64,000 bases of DNA from Prasinococcaceae sp. CCMP 1430 (Eukaryota; Plantae; Prasinodermophyta), in contig RQSC01000032.1 in NCBI GenBank assembly GCA_013416795.1, positions 1-64,000 on the forward strand. The letters run 5' to 3'. Positions 51,807 to 61,035 of the stretch are shown here, piece by piece. How positions within the stretch are numbered: position 1 is the first letter of the stretch; each line of letters opens with the position of its first letter. A program made the position numbers and the translations under genes. The notes below the pieces were generated by a model, which saw only the letters and a program-made list of their open reading frames with translations, was not told the DNA's origin and made no database searches.

Positions 51807-54800
51807 TTATACTTTGCTGGCGACGTGCTTCGTCTCGAGCGGTGCGCCCCACGAGCTCAGCGGCGGCGCCGCGACTGTGTTGTTGTTCATGGTGAAGTCG
51901 AACTTGGCGGCGGCAAGCTGTGCCGCAGCCTCAGCCTCACGGCACGCTGCCGCCTCGTTGGCAGCGCTGGCGATGGTCGTCTCCATGGCTTGGCCAACTT
52001 CGAGCAAACTACCGGGTCGCGCCTGCACACGGTGGCGTTCCCGCTGCCCGTGCTTGATCCTCGTCGCCCGGTTGTCGTCGCTCACTCGCCCGACGCCGCC
52101 GCTCTCCGCGTCGTCGCGTGCATGCTGCGCGGCACTCGTAATGCCTCGAGGGCTCGCCGCGCCGGCCACACCGTTGATTCGCTCGGCATGCGCGTCCGCG
52201 TCCTGCGCCTTGCGTGCGTCGAGGCGCGAAGCTGCCGACGCAGCGCTGCGATCAAGTCGCGTCTTGTCGCCGTCCTCGCCGCCGCATGTGTCCTCTTGCT
52301 CCGTGGTGGCGATCTCGTAGGGGACGAATTGACGCGATGGCACCGCCAGCCCAGGCACGTCGGTACAGCCCACCCTCGGCATGGGCTCACACCGCATGTT
52401 GAGGTCGACGTCATCGACGTCCGAGTCGTCGTCGCTTTCGAAGGCAATCCCGATCGAGGGTCCCAGTGGCGTCTCTGGGCGTGCCTCGCGTTCCGCGGGC
52501 ATCTTCGCGGCGAGGAGCTCCTCTTGCCGTGCGTCAGCACCGTCGCGCGGGTCGGCCTCGACATCGGAGGGCTCTCCTGCAGAGTCGCTGACGGCGGCCC
52601 CACCCGCGTCGTGCTCTTCCCCGGAGCGACGCTGCGTCAAGACAATCTTCAGGAGCTCGTCAGCAGGCGGTGCCATCGATCTTGCGACCGCCTCCCTTGC
52701 TGCCACGCTCATTGTAAGTGTCGGCGGTAGCGCCCCGGCCGCATGAAGCAGCGGAGAAAGGAGGTCAGTGCCGCTACCTGCGCCACCGCGCCAGTCGCGC
52801 TGGGGCTGCGGGAAGCGCCCGCCGGTCACCTGCGCCTCGTGTGTTTCCTCGCGAGTTGTCGCTGCAATGGCGGAATGGAAGGAGGCACCAAAGCCCATAT
52901 CGAGCGGCGTGGGCTCCTCTGAGAGGCGCTCATTAGAAGCGACTGGTGCCCTGGGCACGTCCACTTTTCCCGCCGATGCAGTCTTGTTCCCATCCGCTGG
53001 AAGCATCGCCTCTGTCTCCACCTCATCCCACAAGTGCTCGCGCTCGGCCTCGACCTCGCGTCTTGCGGCGAGCAGCGCTGCCAGGCCGTCCGAAGCGCGC
53101 GAGACAGCCCGCCGTGCAGACGCAGGTGTCTTCGGCCTAGCACGGCCGCCATCTGCCTCGCCCTGAGAGTCCGCCCTGGACGGGTGCGAGCCAATGCCTC
53201 CAGATTCCGCGTCTGCTCGATCCTGCACCGCCTGCGACCTCGGAGTGGCCGTGTCGATTGCTGGTGTGGTGTCCGCTGCATCACCGAGTGCGCGCGCGAC
53301 ACCACAACCGCCACCGTCATCTGCCGTGCGCGCGAGGAAGGCCTCGATTCTTGCCGCTGCCGTAGAGAGTGGCGCGGACATGTCCTGCCTACGATGTGCA
53401 CGCGCCCGCTCGATCGCAGGGTCCGGCGACCGGTGATCCGCGTCGCCATCACTGGCAACCCCTTCAATAGTTGCCGTTCCCATCTCGACCTGCGCTTCAA
53501 CGCGCGCATTCTTTGACTTTGAAAGAGCTCGCTCGTCTGCGCTCTGACGGACTGCTTCGGCTGGGGAATGCTCCATGAAGGCACCAGCGCTCAGCAGTGG
53601 TGCGCCCTCCGGCGGCACCCCACCCACTGGGCGGCACATGGGGCTCCCCGGGCTCTGTGGGCTCCGTACCGACGCGCTGAGCGACGCTGCGGCTCGTGCA
53701 CCATCGTGCGGAAGTCGCCCCTGGCGCGCGTGCAGGCCAGCCCTCCCCAAGCGGCGCGGTTCGCCACGCGCGTCGATGCTCGCAGCGCGCTGGTCGTCGC
53801 CAGGCCCACCTTCCAGCTCGGGGAAACTCGCGCCTGCTGTGTCACGCTGTTGGCTCTGGTGGACGGGCGCAGGAGGATGGCGTCTGCCTACTCGGTGGTG
53901 GGCGAGTGACTGCATGCGCCGCCGCGGCTCCGCATACTCCTCCTGCTCGGCCAAACCGACTGAATCGTCGTCAGAGGCCTCGTCGGCCTGGATGCAGGGG
54001 TTCGGTGCAGAGCTGGCGGACCGCTCTTGTTGCACAGTGCTCGGTGAGCCCGGCCGCTCGCCCGTGCCTGTACTCATCGAACTCTCCATTGCGCTCAGAG
54101 TGCGTGCCGAAGTGCCAGCAGCGGCCAACGATGGGCGTCGACGGCGGGAGGTCCGGCGGACGGCGCTCCCGTCCCCACGGTGGACACGTGCCTTGACGGC
54201 ATCGAAGCCCATGTCACCTGGGCGGTACGTACCGTACGTCTCCTGAGCGGAGCGACCCACTCGCGCGGGGGCGCGGTGCCTTGGGGCCGGTGGAGCACCC
54301 CATGCGCGGCCGGCAGCGCGGCCAGCGCGTTTCTCGCCCCTCGTCCGAACCTCTCGCTGTCGCTGAAGGGCCGCGTGCGTCAGACCACGCGGACCTGCGC
54401 GCTCGCGGGAACGTGGTCGATCAGATCCGTCCGATCTCGCATCATCGCGCCCATGCACACTGCGCGGGCCCCCATAGCTTGCAAAGCGGTCGCCGCTGCC
54501 GTGGCCAGAGCGCGGTTGCGCACCCTGCGACCGTTTCGTTCTGCTCGCTGGCGCAGTGAACATGGCTTGGTAGGCACACAGCTTGGCCTCTTTCAGGCGG
54601 TCCTCCTCTGCGGCGACCTCGCGCGCGAAGACGTCCCTCTCAACGGCCTGCCGCTGAAAGAGTTCCTCGAGCACCTGAACGTTCCGGCGCTTCTGCTCCT
54701 CCCGCTGACGCGACGCCTCCTCTTGTTCGAGAGCGTCCGCCGCCTTCGTCATGTCGAGCGCTTCGGCGAAGCGCTTGTTGCGCACGAGGATCTTCTGCAT

Positions 54801-55997
54801 GCGCCGCATGCCCCGCAGCTCAGCGCTCTTGCGATAGCCGCCACTGCGCTCGCCGCGCCCGCCCGCTGCGGTGCCCGTACGCGCATCGGCAACCTTCGCC
54901 GCTAGCCTGCTCTGGAGCGTCTCGAGCTCTTCCTCGTGGCGCACTCGCAGGTCGTCCTCCACCTGGCGGCATTTCTCACGAAAGGTCACAAACTGCGAGC
55001 GTCCGCGATGATGAGCGTACAGTGCCGCAGGCCCGGCGGCGTCGGCGACATCAGCGAGCGGCACGAGCGGGCGCTGAGAGCCGGGGGGGTGCGGCTGATA
55101 TCATCGCGTGCGAGCGAGCGCGCACGCCATCCGCAATCGCGCTCGTACCTTTTCCTCCCAGTCCTGCTCAAACACCTGCCGCCGCGCTCGTTCATCAACA
55201 GTTTGCTGTTGGAAGCTGTCCACCAGGCTCTCCACGTGCTGCATCTGCGCAACCACGAGCTCGTCCGCCTCGTTCTCGTCGAAGCGCATGCGTGCCCGGC
55301 CCATACCGGCCTGGGCGTCGCCCATCGCTACCGACCGCACCGCCCGGCGCGCCACGACGCGCGCGCTCAGGGGAGCCTCCCTCTGTCGGAGAGCAGCCTC
55401 GAGCTCCTGGGCACGCTCGCGCTCCTGCAGGCTGCGGCGTTGCTCCTCCAGGCGGGCTCGCTCCTCCTCCAGCATGGACGCCAGCGCGGCCTGGTGACGT
55501 TCGCCGGGGCTTTGCGTGTGGTCGAAGGTGTGTGACGGCCTCTGAGAGCCCTCCGCGCCACCTACTGCGTTCTGCGCAGTAGCCCATCCAGGCTCGCCGA
55601 CTGCTGCATATGACCGTGGGGGGTACGCGCGCACCTGCGGATGCGAGTAGGTGCCCGCGTGCACGCCGGCGTGGCCATGCTGGCCGGCACGCGCGGCGAG
55701 CTCCGCCGAGAGCGTCTGCACGGCGGCGTGCGCACCTCCGTGCTGAAAGTATCGCGTTTGCTCGACGAGACAGCTGTCGTGCTGCGCCCTCGTTTGTATC
55801 TCGCTGCCCGCGCGCGTGGCAAGGCCAGTCGCTTCGAGCGTCGTCCCCAGCGCTCCCGCTGCGGCGTCGGCGCTGCGCCGCGTCGCCTCCGGGCGCTGGG
55901 CGCCGGCCGACGCTGCGGCCTCGATTGCGCCCAGCCGCGCCGCCAGGTACTCCTGCACGCTGCGCGGCTGCTGTGCGTACTGTCCGCCCGACGCCAT
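51807..55997 (-). CDS. Large uncharacterised protein with a coiled-coil core and low-complexity tails, 2 exons (intron about 55148-54993)
   Basis: Two long ORFs join in frame as DWEEK|FVTFREK via a GTACGA donor and CGCAG acceptor. It contains KSAELRGMRRMQKILVRNKRFAEA..AD.LEQEE. Confidence 0.6.
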
Positions 55998-56486
55998 CAG
56001 CCCACGCACAGGGGTAGCGACGGGGCGCGGGCCGAAGGGGAAGGGGGGGGGGGGCGCCCCCCTCCCACGCACCCTTTGTGGCGAGTGACGCGCAGGCTCG
56101 CGCGCTGCTCGCGCTCGCCGCGCGCTCGCATCCGATCCGCGTGCGGCAGGGCGGCGCTGCTCCCTGCGCTCGCGGGACAACTTTACCCACGGGCGAGCTC
56201 ATTCCAGGGACGCGCATCACATTTGGATTCGGGCTGCGAGCGTTCCGCGCGCTCGTCGACACGTTGATGGTACGCGGGACGTTCGCACCAAAAAGCCCTC
56301 CCTTCTCAACGGTTGAAATGTTCGAGTGCTCCCGGTGAAGATCAAAGGGAAGGGGGCGGGGGCGGAGGACACCTGGCGCACGCGCGGTGCGTGCGCGCAC
56401 GCGCGTGCTGGAGAGCTGAAGGGGACGAGGGCACTCTGCGCGCTCGAGGCGGCGTGCGCAGAGGGAGGGCGTGCAAGGGCAGAAGC

Positions 56487-57662
56487 ATGGGCACGTGGCC
56501 ACCGCGCGGCGCGGCGCGCCGGCAACCAGCCGCGGCGGCGGCGCTGGCGCTGGGCGCGCTGGTGCTGTTCGCGATGCCGCTAGTCGCGCTGCTGCCTCAG
56601 CCGGTGCTGGCGGCGGTGGTGATCGCGGCGCTGACCCATTCGCTCGATCCGCGACCGATCCTGCGGCTCTGGGGGCTCAACCGCGACCAGTATATCGCGC
56701 TCGCCGCCGCGCTGGGCGTGCTGGTGCTCGGCGTGCTCGACGGCATGCTCTGCGCGATCCTGCTCTCGCTGGGTGTGGTCAAGGCCTATGACATCGTCGT
56801 CGCCATGACCAATGGCGGGCCGGGCCAGGCGACAACGGCGGCGCCCGTGCGAAGCCAGAGCGGGGGGGAGCTGCCGCGGCACGCGCGCCAGCAGTCGGGG
56901 CGCGCGCGGCTGGCCGCGCCAGTCTTCGCGGAGACATTCAGGGCAACGGCGGTGAGCATTGACGCGCGCACCCACGACGTGTACGACATCACCATCTGGC
57001 ATGACCGCAAGCGAAACGCGGAGCGCCTGGACGACCACACGACGAACACCAGCTACCTCTTCAGCTACGCCAAGGGGATGCTGTACACCACGCGGAGAAA
57101 CAGGTGCACGGCGACGAGAGTCTCGCCCACGATGGCTGCGCCGCGCATGCCGCGCGAGTCGCCGCTGCTCGCTTCGGACCTCGAGGATGTCAACGGCATG
57201 GACGGCGTGGAGCACTGGAGCAACCCGGGCGGGCGCTCACCAGACTGGGAGGAGGTGTGGGTGATGAGGAAGGGGCGCACGTGCGAGCCTGTGCGCGAGC
57301 GCTACCGGCGCCATGCCTCCGCCGCGGCGCAGCAGACGGCGCCCCTCAGAGCCGCCGCCGACGAGAGCAAAGGCGACGGCGGCGACGCGGAGTGGGTGGA
57401 GGTGCAGGTCGACTACACGTCCTTTGAGGCTGGCCGTCTAGATCCGGCAATTTTCAAGGTGCCCGCGGAGAGCGGCTGCGCAGCGAGCCGCGGCAAGGCC
57501 GACATCGCGCGCGTCGAGGCCATCGCCGCGCAGCGCTCGCTGCTGCATGCGAGCCCCATGCATGTCGTGGCGCCGCGGGGCGGGTGGGGTGAAGAGGGCG
57601 ACGGCAGGCGGCGTGGTGCAGCGGACGAGCTGAACCCCTTTGAGGCGCGCACGGAGCTCTAG
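56487..57662 (+). CDS. Ependymin-related (EPDR/LolA-fold) secreted or signal-anchored protein, interrupted in frame by bacterial-like SulP and ABC-permease segments
   Basis: C-terminal part has F.ETF.A, IWHD....ERLD, Y.....C, EHW, CEPVRE and DYTSF..G.LDPAIFKVP...C. The region at about 56560-56835 encodes unrelated transporter peptides. Confidence 0.6.
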   Translation: MGTWPPRGAARRQPAAAAALALGALVLFAMPLVALLPQPVLAAVVIAALTHSLDPRPILRLWGLNRDQYIALAAALGVLVLGVLDGMLCAILLSLGVVKAYDIVVAMTNGGPGQATTAAPVRSQSGGELPRHARQQSGRARLAAPVFAETFRATAVSIDARTHDVYDITIWHDRKRNAERLDDHTTNTSYLFSYAKGMLYTTRRNRCTATRVSPTMAAPRMPRESPLLASDLEDVNGMDGVEHWSNPGGRSPDWEEVWVMRKGRTCEPVRERYRRHASAAAQQTAPLRAAADESKGDGGDAEWVEVQVDYTSFEAGRLDPAIFKVPAESGCAASRGKADIARVEAIAAQRSLLHASPMHVVAPRGGWGEEGDGRRRGAADELNPFEARTEL

Positions 57663-57783
57663 CGAGAGTCGCTCGCACAAGCGCGGCGGGAATCCACCCT
57701 GTCCGTCTAACTGATGCGATTTGTTAATGATGTTGATACAGTGGTCCCGCGCGCCTCGCGTGGCGCGCGCGGGCTCAGGGTAC

Positions 57784-58182
57784 CTAGTTCCCCAGCCTGG
57801 CCACTGTCTCAGGTCCCCGCGAGCCGGTCTTCTTCGAGAGCGACACGGTCTCGCGCTTGAGCACGTGCAGGAGCGTCTGTGAACTCTCAAGGATCTTCAT
57901 GTACGCCGCCTCGGTCTCCTGCACCGTGCGGTCGTACTCAAGGAGGTGGGCCCTCTTCTTGTCTGACTCGGCCTGCAGCTGCGACAGGCGCTTCGTGAGC
58001 ACCTGCAGGTCGTTTTGGATCTTGCTCTTCTCCTCCTCGTCCTTGACAATCTGGCGATTGACCTCCTCGCGCTTCTCCTTGAGGTCCTCGATGCACTTGA
58101 CCAGCTCGTTGTTGTTGTTCTGCAGGCCCGCGCCCTGCTCCGAAGCGCACAGCGCGCAGTTGGCGACGGGATGGGCCGCCAT
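57784..58182 (-). CDS. SSNA1: SSNA1/NA14/DIP13 centriolar and axonemal coiled-coil protein
   Basis: QGAGLQNNNNELVKCIEDLKEKREEVNRQI..EEEK.KIQ.DL and EYDRTVQETEAAYMKILESSQTLLHVLKRE. Confidence 0.95.
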   Translation of the reverse strand: MAAHPVANCALCASEQGAGLQNNNNELVKCIEDLKEKREEVNRQIVKDEEEKSKIQNDLQVLTKRLSQLQAESDKKRAHLLEYDRTVQETEAAYMKILESSQTLLHVLKRETVSLSKKTGSRGPETVARLGN

Positions 58183-59219
58183 GCAGCGCGGCGCTCACGG
58201 GCGTCAGCTCAGGCGCCAGCGCTCGGCGCTCAGGGCAGCGGCGACGCGCGCGAGGCCGAGGGCGCGCATTCGCATGTGCACGCGCCGCGAGCGAGCAGGC
58301 GTGCGTCCTAAGACGTTTGTGGTTGCCGTGCGTGCTCGCAGAGCAGTGCCTGGGAGGCTGCACTCTCAACGTTGCGTCCACGCGCGCGGACCGCGCGCGC
58401 GCAGAGGGGTGAGAGCGAAGCGACGCGCTCGCGTTCTACGATCATCTCCGCGGCATGTGCCTCGACCGTCCCCAGCATCTAGCTCGTGAACGCCGCACTT
58501 TTTCCCCCCATGCGGCGCGAGCGCTTGCAGCAGTGCCTTCCCACCGGGGACGCTTCCCGCTTCTCGCGCGCCCGCCCGCTCATTCCTCCCCGGCACCACC
58601 TTCGTCCCCGAAGCGACCTCGCAGCGCGCGCGCGCCGACTCACCGACATGGCCGCGGCCCTGCTGTCGCTGCGCGTGCGCGCTGTGGCGCGCCACCGCTG
58701 CCCGCGGGCGCTGCACCCGCACCCTCTCGGCGGCGCGCCGCGCCGCCCCCGTCCCGCGTTCGCTGTGCATTTTTTGGTTTGACTTTTTCCGCCGTCGCGC
58801 GCCTGCATTTTCATGGCGCCGGAGCAGCACGGCACCGCGCGCGCCGCCCCCCGCGCCAGAAAAAAAAAAAAAAGCAAGAGCTCTTCCTTCCTCAAATGAA
58901 AGAATGCGTTTCCGTTTTGATTTTTCAAACGGTTCGGGCCGATTTGAACTGCCACTTTGGATTGTACGTACAGTACCATCTGCCCCATCATGATGGTACA
59001 CGTACCATCTCATCTGATGGTACAGCACCATCAGATGGTGTGGGTGGGTGGGTGGGAAATGCACCATCCCTCCCTCCCCCCCACCCCCGGCACCGCGATC
59101 CCCACGCCGCTCCTGGTGAAATCGCGTGCGGCGGTGTGAAGGGCGAGCTGGGAGCGCTGGCGGTACGCCCCTTCCATCTCCATCGCTCTCCCTCTCCGCC
59201 TCTCGCATCCGCTCGCACG

Positions 59220-60691
59220 ATGGCGCGTCTTGCGGCCGCCGCGGCCGTGCTGCTGTGCGCGCTCATGCAGCACGCGAGCGCCGCCGGTAGCGGCGACGGC
59301 GGTGGCGGGCGAGCGCTCGCTGCGCGTGGTGGCGCTTTTGATGGCAGCGAGATCGACGCCGCGCGAGCCGCGAGCTCGGCTGGCCATGCGCTGGAAGACA
59401 GCGGCGAAGCCAACGGCGGAGATGAGCGCGCGGCGCTCGTGTTGGGCCCGGTCCTGCGCAAGGCGGTTGGCAGAGCTGCGCGCGGCGGCGCTGCAGGCTT
59501 GCTCGCAGGTGCGCTCCAAGTGCTCGCCTTCATGTGGCTACGCACGGCCATGAACGTGCAGTACGCGCGCGGAGGGGACCTGCGCACCGCGCTGCGCGCA
59601 CTGTGGCGAGAGGGCGTGGCAGGGCAGCACGGCATGCATGCGGCCATCGCAGGCGTGGCGCGGCTCTACCGCGGTATAGGCTGGGCGATCGTGCAGGCGC
59701 CACTCTCGCGCTTCGGGGACACCGCCGCCAACGAGCTCGCGCTCTCGCTCGCAGCGGGTGAGATGCGCGCCGGTACTCCCTGCGAAGCCCCCCCGACTTC
59801 CCCCCCCCCCCCCCGCGGGCCAGCTGCGCTGCGCTCGACGAGCGTGCGCTGACAGGCGATGATTCGCACGTGCGCGAATCGCGCCCACTCCATGTCTCTC
59901 ACGCACCCGTCCACCCATGGACTTGCACTCATTTGTGCTCACGTGCATGCATCTGCGCGTCCATAAGCCCCGGGCTCGGCGGGCGGCCTGCAGCTCCCCC
60001 TGGCGTTCGCCACCGCACTGGGCAGCATCTGTGGCGCCGCGTGGCGCGTGGCGCTCATGCCGGTGGACGCCGCAAAGACGCTCTCACAGGTCCACGGCAG
60101 CGGAGCAGCAGCAGTGCTGCGCGCTCGTGTTACTGTCGAGGGTATACGCACGCTGTGGGCGGGTGCGCTGGCGACACTCGGCGCGAGTGCCGCGGGCCAC
60201 TACCCGTGGTTCGTCACCTTCAACGTCATGCACCAAGCGTTGCCCGAGGTCCATGCTGATGCGCGCCTGCTCAAGTTGGTGCGCGACGCCGCTTGTGGCG
60301 TCGCTGCTGCGTGTGCCTCGGACTGTGTGTCCAACTCGCTGCGGGTGCTCAAAACGATACGACAGACTACAGCGCCAGGTACGGTATCGTGGAGATATCC
60401 TTGCGAGCGTGCGTGTTCGCATGCCACCGCGAACAATCGAACAGATGCGCCCCTCGAGCTCTCTCTCTTTTCACTCTGACGCGTGCGCCCGCGCCCGCTG
60501 CGCAACCCTCAGGTCGCGGACTGGCGCGAGCACCGACTTACTTTGCGACGGTCTCCGCGCTGCTCTCTCATCAGGGCGGTTGGTCGGAGCTCCTCGGTCG
60601 CGGGCTGCGCACGCGCCTGCTCTGCAACTGCGCCCAGAGCCTGCTCTTCGCAGTCATCTGGCGGTGGGCGCGCGACGCACATCCCGCGTGA
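59220..60691 (+). CDS. Mitochondrial carrier family (SLC25) protein, 3 exons, with an N-terminal extension
   Basis: Three carrier repeats: MWLRTAMNVQY..G, LYRG..A.VQAPLSRFGDTAAN, MPVDAAKT, LWAGA, HYPWF.TFN, DCVSNSLRVLKT and LLGRGLRTRL..N..QS.LF. Introns are at about 59758-59967 and 60380-60512. Confidence 0.85.
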
Positions 60692-61035
60692 GAGCGACCG
60701 CGCACCGCGCCTCGCCGCAAGGAACGCGCGCACAACTCCTAGCTAGCTACTAGACTACCTAGGTGTAGTACTAGGGAGCGACGGTGGTGTAGTGCCAGGC
60801 ATGTAGAAGAGATGCGTGGATGTGTACACGCCTCGCTCGCTCGGCATGCGACCGTGCGCGTGTCTGCGTATGTGTAGACCAGCGACGCCAGGCGCTTCGC
60901 ACCAGCAGTCAAGTCTGTCGACCGTTGGTGGCCGTCGCCTGGCGGCGTGTGTATTTACTTGTACAAATGCTCCCAGCGCCGACGCGCTGGAAGCGCCCAC
61001 GCGCTGAAAATGCATGCAACGCGGATGCTGCGCGC

